This document shows, in pieces, positions 9,578 to 19,659 of a stretch of DNA of 64,000 bases. The notes under the pieces are model-generated. The model made no database searches and was not told where the DNA came from. It saw only the letters and a list, made by a program, of their open reading frames with translations. The first letter of the stretch is position 1; every line of letters starts with the position of its first letter. The stretch is from positions 1-64,000 of the forward strand of contig JAWCCZ010000006.1 of NCBI GenBank assembly GCA_038861545.1. The letters run 5' to 3'. Source of the DNA: Thermofilaceae archaeon. Lineage in GTDB: Archaea > Thermoproteota > Thermoprotei > Thermofilales > Thermofilaceae. Both the position numbers and the translations under genes were made by a program.

Positions 9578-10492
9578 CTATGGCAGGTTCAGTAAGAGAA
9601 CAGGCTCCAGCCATATTTCAAGCAAGGTGAAGTATACGATAACTGTCGACATCAGTATCAGCGAATGAAATAAACCGGCTTTCACAGTACCTTTACTCAT
9701 TTTCCCGGCTACTAAGCCGCCTGAAACAGCCTGTACGAAGGAGGCGAAGAAAAACACCGCTTTGAATAGCGGAGGGGGTAAAGGGGTGAAGAACGCGGTC
9801 CCCTTAAGCCTATAGAGGGGGGCCACGAACACGGTTACAAGAATCGTTGAAATGGTTAGGAACACCGCTAGGGCTACGTACACGGTCCAAACGTAAGGGG
9901 CTAGGGAGGATCTCCGCTCTTCTTCATAGCTCCCGATCATCTCGTACATCTCAGCTGCCGCGTCCAAAACATCGGCGACTCTCCCACCGGATCTGTACGC
10001 GGTTATCAGCAGGTTAGCCGCTCTCTTTAAACCTGGTGTTGCCACTCTGTCTAGCATGTTTTCAAGTGCTCTTTCTAGGCTGCTGCCAAGTTCTACTGCG
10101 CTAACCACGTCAAGCATCTCTCTGCCAAGAGGTCCGCTGATGGACCTAGCCGTAACTTCAAGGGATTTAACCATCGGCATACCGGACCTTATGCCATCCG
10201 CAACTCCCTTAAAGAAGCTTGACATGCTTCTCTCAATTGCATCTACATATCTCCCGTTCATGTACTGAATAACGGCAAACGGCGCTATGGCGCATACAGG
10301 GATTAAGAAAACTAAATCGTAGATGGAAATAGACCAGAAGAGCTCTAAACCCCTCAGCAGCTCGAATGTTTCCACTTCCCACGTCCACTCCTCCCAGAGG
10401 AGAGCGAGAAAGGCAAGCGGCACTAAGCTAAGCGCCACCGAAATGGTGGTTAAAAGAAGTAGCCACCGACCCTTAAGCGGTACGTAAGGCAC
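9578..10492 (-). CDS. Type II secretion F / TadC-like pilus membrane protein
   Basis: Multi-TM; IRSGMP, VELGSSLERAL, YRSGGRVADVL, GLVAGKM. Confidence 0.88.
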   Translation of the reverse strand: MPYVPLKGRWLLLLTTISVALSLVPLAFLALLWEEWTWEVETFELLRGLELFWSISIYDLVFLIPVCAIAPFAVIQYMNGRYVDAIERSMSSFFKGVADGIRSGMPMVKSLEVTARSISGPLGREMLDVVSAVELGSSLERALENMLDRVATPGLKRAANLLITAYRSGGRVADVLDAAAEMYEMIGSYEEERRSSLAPYVWTVYVALAVFLTISTILVTVFVAPLYRLKGTAFFTPLPPPLFKAVFFFASFVQAVSGGLVAGKMSKGTVKAGLFHSLILMSTVIVYFTLLEIWLEPVLLLNLP

Positions 10493-10522
10493 AGTTAACC
10501 ACCCCTTGCACGTAGGTAAACG

Positions 10523-11386
10523 CTAAACTCTGGAAAGGGTTGCATCGAGCATCACCAGGATCGCAGCCGCTGAAGCCGGAACACCTATCACCAATATAAC
10601 GGCGATAAGCAGGTTCGTAGGTAAACCCCCGATAGAGCCGCCTAGCATCCCGATTACGGATAGCATAACAACGAACATGAGTGGCGCGGCAACCATTAAT
10701 GTCACATACGTTTCCGCGATAACGGAAACAGTGCTTGTAATCCTCCTGAGCTCGTATCTTTTGAAATCCAGAAGCCTTTGGGCTGTGAAAGCCGCATACT
10801 CGTAAAGGTTTCCGGCTGTTATGTACGCGTCCCTTAACCCGGAGAAGAAGAGGGACAGTAGGATCGAAGGGCTTCTAGAAGACCTTCTCTCAAGCGCTGT
10901 AAGCATGTCCAGTCCTAGAAGCTTTGTATCAGTAAGAAAAAGGGATAGCTCTCTAAAGATCTCTTTCTCCTCCTCTACGTCTGCCACGTTTTCAACGATC
11001 TTGTCTAAACCCATGCCGGACGCGGCCAGCGAGGCGAAGTACGCTAAAGTGTAAGGTAGTCTAGAGTCGATCTTCACCCCTCTTGAGTACCTCTTGTATA
11101 CTGGGTAGTAGAGGCAGGCGGCAGCGTAGATCAAGGTGTATGTAATGACCACCAAGAAGCTTAGCAGCGCGGAGAAAACTGGCGGGTAACCCAGTAGGAC
11201 CGAGTGGAGCGCGATAGCTGCTGTCATGATGGCTGGTGCCGTTATGATGTAAGCGGTAACCCATTTACCCATGTACGTCTCGAACGGCTCGGAAAAGCCA
11301 GCGGTGTAGTATATTTCCTCGAAAACTCCTGCGCGCTCGGCTAACCGCCTAGCTACCCGTTCGCTTAGGCTGTAGCTAAGACTCAA
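10523..11386 (-). CDS. Type II secretion F / Tad-like pilus membrane protein
   Basis: IDSRLPYTL..LAASG, LLGLDMLTAL..SPS, AETYVTL; overlaps the ATPase stop by 4 bp. Confidence 0.88.
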   Translation of the reverse strand: MSLSYSLSERVARRLAERAGVFEEIYYTAGFSEPFETYMGKWVTAYIITAPAIMTAAIALHSVLLGYPPVFSALLSFLVVITYTLIYAAACLYYPVYKRYSRGVKIDSRLPYTLAYFASLAASGMGLDKIVENVADVEEEKEIFRELSLFLTDTKLLGLDMLTALERRSSRSPSILLSLFFSGLRDAYITAGNLYEYAAFTAQRLLDFKRYELRRITSTVSVIAETYVTLMVAAPLMFVVMLSVIGMLGGSIGGLPTNLLIAVILVIGVPASAAAILVMLDATLSRV

Positions 11387-12888
11387 AACTCGTACACCCC
11401 TCTTTCCACCGCCGCGTATACTACAGCTGGTTTACGAGCGTAGTCGCTGACTAGCCTGCTAACCCTCCTGAAATCGGTTACGCCTCTGGTTAGGAGGAAC
11501 TTCAGTATTTCTTCTCTTTTCTTCAGCTCATCCTCCAGCTCGCTGACTGGAACGTACTTTTCTTCTGCTATTGCCTCCAGTAACCTGCTGGCTCCAACCC
11601 TTTCAACTCGGTCGGTGGTCGGATTATACTTGAATACCAGGTTCTTAACGGGCTCTAGCCCACTACTCGTTACCTCGTAGACTTCGACAACCCTCCTGTA
11701 GATGCGCTCCTCACCGGCAAACCGCTTGACTGTCATGAAAACATTCATCAAGGGGATTAGGAACTGGGGAACGTTCATCGGCTCCGATATTAACCTTTTT
11801 ATAGCGTAATCCACGTTTTCCGCATGGATCGTACACATACCTGCATGCCCAGTCGCGATCGCTTGGAATAAGGTAAAAGCTTCCTCACCTCTCACCTCCC
11901 CCACGATCACGTAATCAGGCCTCATTCTCAACGCGGACTTTAAGAGGTCGAACAGGGTAACGCTCCTAGCCCATGGATCGGTCGTGGGCCTAGCCACAAG
12001 GGGAACCCAGTTCTCATGGGGGAGGTTGAGCTCAGGCGTATCCTCGATTGTTACTACCTTTACCTCCGGTCTAATAAAGGTCGCCGTAGCATTCAATGTC
12101 GTGGTTTTCCCACTCGCAGTTGCGCCTACCACCATTACGCTTCTCCTGGATTCCACTACCAGCCACAGGTAAGCTGCAAGCTGAACCGAGACAGTACCCA
12201 GCCTAATCAAGTCGACGATGGAGAACGGAACTTCCCTGAACTTTCTCACCGTAAACGTTCCGCCTCTCCGTGTCACTTCTGATAAAGTGGCGTGGAGCCT
12301 GTACCCTTCGGGTAAAGCTCCCTCGACAATAGGTTGGGCAACCGAGATGTGCTTACCAGCTTTATGCGTAAGCCTCACTATCTCTCTCTCAAGCTCGTCC
12401 GGCGCCTGGAACACTATGTTAGTGGGTAGTGATTCATACCGGTTATGCCAAACATAAACGGGTAGCCCGATACCATCACAGGATATGTCCTCAACGTTGG
12501 GATCTCTGATCAGAACTTCCAAGCGACCGTAGCCAAGCGTGTCTCTCCTAGTATAGTAGAATATTTTATCGAAGGATTCTTTGGGTATCGGCAGCTTGTA
12601 CTTCTTCACAATTTGTTCTAGTCTTTCCCGAAGAACAGCCTCAGCTCCTTTCCTCCTCAGCTCGTCTAAGGCCGGCTTCTGCGATCCAAAGAGTATTCTC
12701 TTAACTTCCGCGATAACAGCTTCATCCTGAGGCGTCAAAACAGGTTCGATTACTCTATACAGCATGCGTCCCGTTCGGCGGTCCCTAGTGACTGCTACGT
12801 ACGCGTAAGGCTGCACTACTTCATAAAGGTCGACTACGCTTTCATGTTGTGGAATAGGCGGCAAAACTTGTTCGGTTTTCGAGCTCAT
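11383..12888 (-). CDS. Type II/IV secretion (FlaI/VirB11-like) pilus assembly ATPase
   Basis: GATASGKTT, TIEDTPEL, LRMRPDYVIVGEVRG, TGH..TIHA. Confidence 0.95.
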   Translation of the reverse strand: MSSKTEQVLPPIPQHESVVDLYEVVQPYAYVAVTRDRRTGRMLYRVIEPVLTPQDEAVIAEVKRILFGSQKPALDELRRKGAEAVLRERLEQIVKKYKLPIPKESFDKIFYYTRRDTLGYGRLEVLIRDPNVEDISCDGIGLPVYVWHNRYESLPTNIVFQAPDELEREIVRLTHKAGKHISVAQPIVEGALPEGYRLHATLSEVTRRGGTFTVRKFREVPFSIVDLIRLGTVSVQLAAYLWLVVESRRSVMVVGATASGKTTTLNATATFIRPEVKVVTIEDTPELNLPHENWVPLVARPTTDPWARSVTLFDLLKSALRMRPDYVIVGEVRGEEAFTLFQAIATGHAGMCTIHAENVDYAIKRLISEPMNVPQFLIPLMNVFMTVKRFAGEERIYRRVVEVYEVTSSGLEPVKNLVFKYNPTTDRVERVGASRLLEAIAEEKYVPVSELEDELKKREEILKFLLTRGVTDFRRVSRLVSDYARKPAVVYAAVERGVYEF

Positions 12889-12952
12889 TTAAGATTTAAT
12901 GAAAGATAAACACTTATAACCTTATCTTGTAACAACTAAGTAGGAATAAGCT

Positions 12953-13945
12953 ATGGCTACAGCTGCCCGGGAGCTGCTAGACCCTAAAATAAAGAGGGAA
13001 CCCCCAGTCGAGGTGCTGTACGACGCTATCTCCCAGGTAATCAGGGATGGAAAGGAGCTTTTAGCTCCAGCGGTTTCCTACACCGCAGGCGTGGTTTACG
13101 TGGACATATTGAAGGTCGTAACGAGGTACGGGGTACGCGACATCGACGTGCTTGAAAAGCTAAGCGAGCTGGGCGCGCTTGAAAAAGAGTACCACGATTC
13201 AATGGTTGAATGCCCTAAATGCGAGTCGTTCAGGCTTTTCGGGAAACTGAAGTGCCCTAACTGCGGTTCCGAGAGACTTAGGAAAATTTCGCTCGTATCT
13301 CACCTCAAGTGCGGTACTGTTAGCAATGTGGGAGAAGAGTCTAGAGCCTTCTGCTCCAGATGTGGGGAACAGCTTAACGAGAAGAACTCAGTTATCGTAG
13401 GCAGGCTTTTCAACTGCTTAGACTGCGGCGCGAGGTTTGAAAACCCCTTGCCATCCTACCGTTGCTCGGACTGCAACTATGGGTTTGACTACAGGGAAGC
13501 TCGCTATGTAATCCTGTACAGTTACAGGGTGAAGAGAGAAGTAGCTGCGCGCGCGGCTAAGCAGCTACTCGTAAGAGGGGCTCAGGAGGTAGTGAAAACT
13601 TACACGTTATCAGTCAATGTTTCAGCTCAAGTGACTGGCAAGAGCGGATATCAGCACCCAGTTGATTTAGTGTTAAGCGACGGTAAAGGAACAGTGTATA
13701 TAGACTTAGTGCCAGACTACGCTGCATCGATGAGCGAAGCCTTGTCTGCTATAGCTAAGAGGAGCGACCTCACAGGCAAGCATGTATTGGTATCCCCGAA
13801 GAGCCTGGAAAACTCACTTCAAGCGCTAGCCATTAAAGCCGACGTGGTCACTTACTCAGATGCATCCGACATGCGGACGAAGCTTTCCCAGCTGGTAGAA
13901 GAGGTCTTCAAAGGATCTACGCGAAGAGAGACCAGCCGGGGATAG
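12953..13945 (+). CDS. TackOD1-like multi-zinc-ribbon protein with C-terminal restriction-endonuclease-like fold
   Basis: wHTH-like segment then CPKC, CPNC, HLKC, CSRC, CLDC, CSDC; C-terminal VTGKSGYQHPVDLV pattern. Confidence 0.7.
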   Translation: MATAARELLDPKIKREPPVEVLYDAISQVIRDGKELLAPAVSYTAGVVYVDILKVVTRYGVRDIDVLEKLSELGALEKEYHDSMVECPKCESFRLFGKLKCPNCGSERLRKISLVSHLKCGTVSNVGEESRAFCSRCGEQLNEKNSVIVGRLFNCLDCGARFENPLPSYRCSDCNYGFDYREARYVILYSYRVKREVAARAAKQLLVRGAQEVVKTYTLSVNVSAQVTGKSGYQHPVDLVLSDGKGTVYIDLVPDYAASMSEALSAIAKRSDLTGKHVLVSPKSLENSLQALAIKADVVTYSDASDMRTKLSQLVEEVFKGSTRRETSRG

Positions 13946-13958
13946 CAGGAGCGCGAGT

Positions 13959-14837
13959 CTACCGCATTCTCCTTATCCTATACTCGCAGCACTCATCCCC
14001 TTTTGCTGCACATTTCGTTTCGTCTACTGTAATGTCATCGATTCCAGCTTTCCAGTAGCCTGCAGCTATGCCTGAGATAAACCCTCTTACAATGGCGCCC
14101 CTTGCCCCCTTTTCATTCTTGAAAATGGAGCATTCAAAGCTGTTGTAGACTCTGGCGATGCACTCACCGCCGGTAATCTTTTCGAATTTAAGTATTCCAT
14201 AACCTAACATTCTAAAAACTTCTTCAATTAATTTGAATCGTTCATCGATACTATAGGGAAGATTATCGATGTGAACTTCGTACTCTCTTTTAGCCCCGTT
14301 AAAAAATGCGCGGTAGAGCACTGCGGCAAAAGCCGGTCCGAGTTCTCTCCACCCACCTTTTAACATACCCTCAAGCATCCCTTGATTCATGATGAAAGCC
14401 CTTTCGCCTTGGAACGTAAGCGGAAACGACCATGTATCCACAACTATACCGTTAAACAGCGGGGGAGCATAGTTAGCATTAACCACATGCTTCCGACGCT
14501 TTAAGTTGTCCGCTAGCCTGTCAGCAAGCTTTTCCTTACCCTTTAAATCCACAGCGATTAAAACTCTGACTGGGTCGCCCGGGTTAGTAGTCGATACTTT
14601 AACTTGGAGTATTTGCAACTCTTCGCCTGAGAATACAGAAAGCAGTTCAGCCAGTATACCCACTTCTCGAAAGGCTTCAGGTTTTAGCGTAATGTTGTAG
14701 TAGTAGGGTCTAGCATCAGGTGCGAAGATTAAGCGCCCTACCTCGTAGGGTTTCCACCCCACTACCTCTTTTTCACTTGAAAAAAGACTCATGGTCTTAG
14801 GAGAAGGCTTTAGCACGTATATATAGGTTCTGCTCAA
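13959..14837 (-). CDS. ACT + V4R domain protein
   Basis: ACT-like GILAELLSVFS..LQILQ; V4R LGYG, YNSFEC, RGFISG, ETKCAAKGDECCEY. Confidence 0.85.
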   Translation of the reverse strand: MSRTYIYVLKPSPKTMSLFSSEKEVVGWKPYEVGRLIFAPDARPYYYNITLKPEAFREVGILAELLSVFSGEELQILQVKVSTTNPGDPVRVLIAVDLKGKEKLADRLADNLKRRKHVVNANYAPPLFNGIVVDTWSFPLTFQGERAFIMNQGMLEGMLKGGWRELGPAFAAVLYRAFFNGAKREYEVHIDNLPYSIDERFKLIEEVFRMLGYGILKFEKITGGECIARVYNSFECSIFKNEKGARGAIVRGFISGIAAGYWKAGIDDITVDETKCAAKGDECCEYRIRRMR

Positions 14838-14942
14838 TGAATAACTCCTCGATCTGCCTCTAATACTTTGAAATAAACTTTGGCAGCAACTAGGTTAACG
14901 CTGTAGTTGTTCTAAAAAAGCGTTCTTTAAACCGCTACTTCT

Positions 14943-16139
14943 TTAACTTGAAGACTCCAATGTTTCCGCTACTCTATCGGCGAGTCCTCCTCCGCCGAAG
15001 CGTGCCCAAATAGCACATGTGCCTTCGCTTGAAACCATACAGGGACCGTAAGGTTTCAACGGTGTGCAAGCTCTCATAAACAGTGGGCAATCAACCGGCT
15101 TCGCGAGGCCCATAATTACTTCCGGGCATCTGCATCCATTATGCATATTTTTCTTCTCCTCTACTTTCTTTAAACCATACGCATCATACGCGTCATAAAC
15201 TTTATAGAAGGTTTTAAGCTCGAGACCACTCGATGGTATAAAGCCTAGTCCGCGCCAGTGGGAGTCCACGACTTCAAAAACATTTTCAATTAATTTCTTC
15301 GCAAGCATGTTTCCGTTCCAAGAAACCACACGCGTGTACTCAATCCTAGCGCCAGATACCTTGTTGAGGATCATCTTCAGGAGAACTGAAATTGATATCA
15401 GTAAATCTATTGGCTCGAAGCCGGATACCACGGCTGGGAGCCTGAGATCTTTGGCCAGCTGATCCCACGGCCCCGCTCCTATTACAGCGGAAACGTGGCC
15501 TGGCGCTATAATGCCACTCACAGGGTCCAACCCATGTTCCGTAATAGTGAGAATAGCATGTCTTGCGGCAGGTGGAGTTAAACGCAATGCCGTTAACAAT
15601 TTCAAGTTGTCTGGCACGGCTCCCCGGGATAGGGGGAGTGCATAGCTAGGAGCAGTAGTCTCGAAACCGATCGCGAGAAATACGGACTCTCTACCGGAAA
15701 CTCTAACATGTTTTACGGCATCTAGGAAGCTGTAAACCACCTTCACGTCGCCTCCCTGAGCTTTCGCCTCAGCAAGGTTGCGCGTACCTTGAACCTGTCT
15801 CATAGCTGGCAACTTGTATGCGTCACCGAATGTGTAAACTGTGATTCCATCTAACGCTAACTTAATTGCGTTCTCAATGCAATACGAGGGAGTTATACAA
15901 ACAGGACATCCAGGTCCAGCAATGAGCTCAACATTCGGCGGCATAAGGCTTCTAACCCCATAATGGACTGTAGTCCACTCATGTGTACCGCAGAAGTTCA
16001 TTAACTTAATGGGTTTTTTCCCACGTTGCGCGAGTTCTGACGCCAGCTTGTGAAGTAGTTTGGTGACACGTTGCGCGAGTTCTTTATTCTTCAGTAGTAG
16101 ATTCAAATTATTTTCTATGGGCTGCAAGTCAAACACCAC
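14943..16139 (-). CDS. hypD: Hydrogenase maturation protein HypD
   Basis: CGTHE, GPGCPVC, GFETT, PGHVS, GPCMVSSEGTC. Confidence 0.97.
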   Translation of the reverse strand: MVFDLQPIENNLNLLLKNKELAQRVTKLLHKLASELAQRGKKPIKLMNFCGTHEWTTVHYGVRSLMPPNVELIAGPGCPVCITPSYCIENAIKLALDGITVYTFGDAYKLPAMRQVQGTRNLAEAKAQGGDVKVVYSFLDAVKHVRVSGRESVFLAIGFETTAPSYALPLSRGAVPDNLKLLTALRLTPPAARHAILTITEHGLDPVSGIIAPGHVSAVIGAGPWDQLAKDLRLPAVVSGFEPIDLLISISVLLKMILNKVSGARIEYTRVVSWNGNMLAKKLIENVFEVVDSHWRGLGFIPSSGLELKTFYKVYDAYDAYGLKKVEEKKNMHNGCRCPEVIMGLAKPVDCPLFMRACTPLKPYGPCMVSSEGTCAIWARFGGGGLADRVAETLESSS

Positions 16140-16188
16140 CTTACTCGATGGAAGTTAACTAACAATCCTCTTTAATCCTTCTATGTTA

Positions 16189-16548
16189 CTAACAGGTTAG
16201 ATGGAAAGCGCCTAAAACCCTCCTACCTTCTTCTACAAGTATATTATATAGTTCTACGGCTTTTCTTGTATCTGCTATGTATACCTTAACTCCTTTAGCT
16301 TTGAAGTAATCAGTTACTTCTTCTAGAACCTCCATCATACCGTTATAACCTGTACCTATTACCACGTATTCAATGTCTGAGTTCTTCAATTCACCAAAGT
16401 CCTTCAACTTTAGTAGGTGTCCTTCCCCACGCCACCATGGGCTTAAAACACCTCTGGGCGTAATTATCAGATCACTGCTGTATGCTTTTCCAGCTATAAC
16501 TATTTTCCCGAATTTGTACTCTTCGATACGGTGTTGCATATGGAACAT
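16189..16548 (-). CDS. Mth938-like (DUF498) protein
   Basis: YKFGKIVI, WWRGEGH, VIGTG, AVELYN, FHLTC. Confidence 0.9.
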   Translation of the reverse strand: MFHMQHRIEEYKFGKIVIAGKAYSSDLIITPRGVLSPWWRGEGHLLKLKDFGELKNSDIEYVVIGTGYNGMMEVLEEVTDYFKAKGVKVYIADTRKAVELYNILVEEGRRVLGAFHLTC

Positions 16549-16562
16549 TTTGTAACTATGGT

Positions 16563-17249
16563 TTAAACTTTGCTTTCAGAAAGCCTTGCCGCGTCTATAG
16601 CCCCCCTCAGTAGCATATACGCCCTTATAGCATCCTCTCTTTGCACAATAAAGAGCGTGTCCGTGTGAGTAGAGATAAGCTGAGTGATGTTAACCCCATG
16701 AAACCCTAGTAGAGTAGCCAAGTAGGCTATCACTCCAGGTGTGGTTATTATATCGGGAGGACTTACCAACACCACAGCAGCTTGATCCCTGTATACGGCT
16801 TCGATCCACTGACGTTCTAGCTCGCTTAACATGCTGTCTATATAGTCGTCATCCGTAACAATTGTAAGTGTTCGAATCCCTTGAGTAAGTTGAAAAAGAC
16901 GAGCTTTCGGTGCCGTACTCAGTGCTTTAGAAAGCAAGGTTAGCGGGTCTATCCCCCTTAAAGTCAAAAGCCCTACATCGTCTATCAGCGAGGCGGTGCT
17001 TTCCCTAATAACTTTAAGCACGTCTACACTACTTACTCGTGCAGTAAACTGATCATGAAATCTTAAAATAGCCATTTTTACCGCTGCCTCGCTCACTTTT
17101 CTGCCCAGTTTATTCTCAACTTCTTTTTTCAACAGACGCGCTAAAGCTGAATAATTAACGATTTGCATTTCTAGTGAAGCCAAAATAAGCGGTTTGGATA
17201 AAAGTAGCTCTTGAACTACTCGGCTAACATTCCCATATTCCCACTGCAT
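16563..17249 (-). CDS. HTH + ACT-domain putative amino-acid-sensing regulator
   Basis: VNYSALAR..AVKMAILR N-terminus; TTPGVIAY..GVNITQLIST ACT domain; divergent from the amino-acid ABC transporter. Confidence 0.8.
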   Translation of the reverse strand: MQWEYGNVSRVVQELLLSKPLILASLEMQIVNYSALARLLKKEVENKLGRKVSEAAVKMAILRFHDQFTARVSSVDVLKVIRESTASLIDDVGLLTLRGIDPLTLLSKALSTAPKARLFQLTQGIRTLTIVTDDDYIDSMLSELERQWIEAVYRDQAAVVLVSPPDIITTPGVIAYLATLLGFHGVNITQLISTHTDTLFIVQREDAIRAYMLLRGAIDAARLSESKV

Positions 17250-17398
17250 GTTAAGAAAAGTAATTTAAGAAGTATTTTAGCTATACTATGTACCATTAAT
17301 TTAAAATTTGTTTTATTTGTAACAAAAATGGTTTAACACATCACTGACTATATCATAATGAATTTTTAGCAATACACCGAAGCCCTCTTTGATAGGAA

Positions 17399-18217
17399 AT
17401 GGTTTCGAAAAACATTTTATGGATTTTAGTAGCCTTTATAGCGGGTTTAGCTGTTGGTTACTTTTTACCAATGCTTGTTCAGCAAGGAGGTGAGCAGTAT
17501 GTTCAAAAAATTAAGCAGAGAGGAGTCCTTATAATGGGTACTTCTGCTGATTGGCCACCTTTCGAGTACGTGGACAAAGCTGGGAACGTTGTGGGAATAG
17601 ATGCGGAGATCGCGAAAAGAATAGCTCAGGAGCTTGGAGTGAGGTTAGAGGTTAAGGATATGAAGTTTGCTGCGCTTATTGAAGCTCTAAAAGGAGGGCA
17701 AGTAGATATTGTATTAGCCGATATGACTCCCACGGCGGAGCGGGGTAAACAGGTAGATTTCTCCATACCTTACTACTTCAGCAAAGGTAATGCAGTAATT
17801 GTGTTGGAGAGTCGTTTAGGTGAGTTTAAAGGTATTAACGACTTTCATGGGAAAAAAGTTGGCGTGCAGTTAGGTACAATTCAAGAGGAGTGGGCTAACG
17901 ATAACTTAGGTGGTAAGGCTGAGGTAATTCCGTATGATAGAGTGTACCCAGAGATGGTTATGGCGCTTCAAAGAGGAGACATTGATGCTATAATTGTCGG
18001 AGATATCATGGCAGACGCTGTGATGCATAAGGTTTCAGGCCTGGAGTTAGCTTTTTACGCTGGAGGTACTAGAATTGGTGCGGCTGTAGCTGTGCCTAAA
18101 GGCGCTGATGATCTACTTTACGTGGTTAACAGTGTAATCGAAAATATGCTAGAGAGTGGCGAGATGGAGGCGCTGCTACAAACAGAAGTTTCAAAGTGGC
18201 TTGAAGCTGGCGGCTGA
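17399..18217 (+). CDS. Polar amino-acid ABC transporter substrate-binding protein (family 3)
   Basis: N-terminal anchor; GTSADWPPFEY, TPTAER, VDFSIPY, GVQLGT. Confidence 0.93.
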   Translation: MVSKNILWILVAFIAGLAVGYFLPMLVQQGGEQYVQKIKQRGVLIMGTSADWPPFEYVDKAGNVVGIDAEIAKRIAQELGVRLEVKDMKFAALIEALKGGQVDIVLADMTPTAERGKQVDFSIPYYFSKGNAVIVLESRLGEFKGINDFHGKKVGVQLGTIQEEWANDNLGGKAEVIPYDRVYPEMVMALQRGDIDAIIVGDIMADAVMHKVSGLELAFYAGGTRIGAAVAVPKGADDLLYVVNSVIENMLESGEMEALLQTEVSKWLEAGG

Positions 18218-18235
18218 GGTAAAGGGATGATGTAA

Positions 18236-18907
18236 ATGGAGCCTTTGTTCTTCATCTTAGGTATAATACCAGATCTGATTAGGGGCTTATGGATTACTCT
18301 TCAGATTAGCCTGATTTCTTTTGCTTTAGGAATCATGCTTGCAATCGTCCTAGCTCCTGTGAGGGTTTTCGCACCTGAGCCAGCTCCTTTAATCATAAGA
18401 GGGTATGTTGAAGCTTTCAGGGGGACACCTCTGCTTGTGCAGCTATTGCTTATATATTTCGGTCTTCCATCTCTAGGAATCAAGCTCGACGCTTACGCTG
18501 CATGTGTGCTAGCTTTGGGTTTAAACAGCGCCGCCTATCAAGCGGAAATTTTCAGGGGTGCAATGAAAAGCATTCCGGAAACACAGTTCCTTGCGGCTGA
18601 ATCGCTCGGCTTTAGTGAAGGTCAGACTTATAGATATGTTGTGCTTCCACAGGCGCTCAGGGTAGCGACTCCAGCGCTTGTAAACGAGCTAGTAACATTG
18701 GTCAAAGAGAGTTCTTTAGCATCTGTCATAGGTGTGGTGGAGCTCACGAGAAGGGGGGAGTATCTAGTCGCTTATACATTTAGAGCCCTAGAGGTTTACA
18801 TGGCGGTCGCGCTAGTATACCTAGTTGTTTGCGCACTTGCATCACAGGCAGTTAAACAGCTTGAATCAAAGTTTAGGATACCGGGTTACGAGAAGGTGGT
18901 AGCATGA
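18236..18907 (+). CDS. Polar amino-acid ABC transporter permease
   Basis: FRGTPLLVQL, SAAYQAEIFRG, LVKESSL. Confidence 0.95.
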   Translation: MEPLFFILGIIPDLIRGLWITLQISLISFALGIMLAIVLAPVRVFAPEPAPLIIRGYVEAFRGTPLLVQLLLIYFGLPSLGIKLDAYAACVLALGLNSAAYQAEIFRGAMKSIPETQFLAAESLGFSEGQTYRYVVLPQALRVATPALVNELVTLVKESSLASVIGVVELTRRGEYLVAYTFRALEVYMAVALVYLVVCALASQAVKQLESKFRIPGYEKVVA

Positions 18908-19659
18908 ATGACTTTCTACTGAAAGTTGAGGAGCTTAGAGCCGGCTACGATGGCCTTGAGGTGCTGAAAGGCGTCAATCTCAATTTAAGTAGAAGTGAGA
19001 AAGTGGTGGTAATGGGACCTAGCGGCTCCGGGAAAAGTACTCTATTAAAGTGCATAGTAAGACTGGTTGAACCTTGGGGTGGCAGGATCTTCCTTGATGG
19101 AGACGAAGTGACCTGCAAGCAGGTCGACCTGAGAAGGATTAGGGCTAAAACCGGTTTCGTTTTTCAGCAATATAACCTGTTCCCACATATGACCGTATTG
19201 AAGAACTTAACTTTACCCTTAGAAATCGTAAAGAAAATGTCGAGGTCGGAAGCCGAGAGTAAAGCGATGTATATGCTGAAAGCTTTCGGGCTTGAAGAGT
19301 TTGCTGATAAATACCCGCTTCAACTGAGCGGTGGTCAGCAACAAAGAGTTGCAATTGCTAGGGCGCTGGTGATGGAGCCAGTTCTTCTCTTGCTCGATGA
19401 ACCGACTTCAGCTTTAGATCCAGAGCTCAGACAGGAAGTTTTGGATACTCTATTAGAAGTGGCGAGGCAAGGGAGGTCCATGCTTATAGTGACTCACGAG
19501 CTGGATTTTGCCGAAGCGGCTGCTGATAGGTTAATTTTAATGGATAACGGGTTAGTAGTGGAAGAGGGTGATCCGTGGGAGCTGCTTCATACACCTAGAA
19601 GCGATAGAGCCCGTAGATTCTTAGTTAAGATCGCTAAGAGCGCTCAATCAGCTGCTTAA
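18904..19659 (+). CDS. Polar amino-acid ABC transporter ATPase (GlnQ-like)
   Basis: GPSGSGKST, LSGGQQQR, DEPTSALDPE. Confidence 0.95.
   Translation: MNDFLLKVEELRAGYDGLEVLKGVNLNLSRSEKVVVMGPSGSGKSTLLKCIVRLVEPWGGRIFLDGDEVTCKQVDLRRIRAKTGFVFQQYNLFPHMTVLKNLTLPLEIVKKMSRSEAESKAMYMLKAFGLEEFADKYPLQLSGGQQQRVAIARALVMEPVLLLLDEPTSALDPELRQEVLDTLLEVARQGRSMLIVTHELDFAEAAADRLILMDNGLVVEEGDPWELLHTPRSDRARRFLVKIAKSAQSAA

Noticed and set aside
7283-16139. hypC and hypD flanking the pilus genes as a functional link
   Set aside because: Different transcription units with housekeeping genes interleaved; scattered hyp genes are common in archaea.
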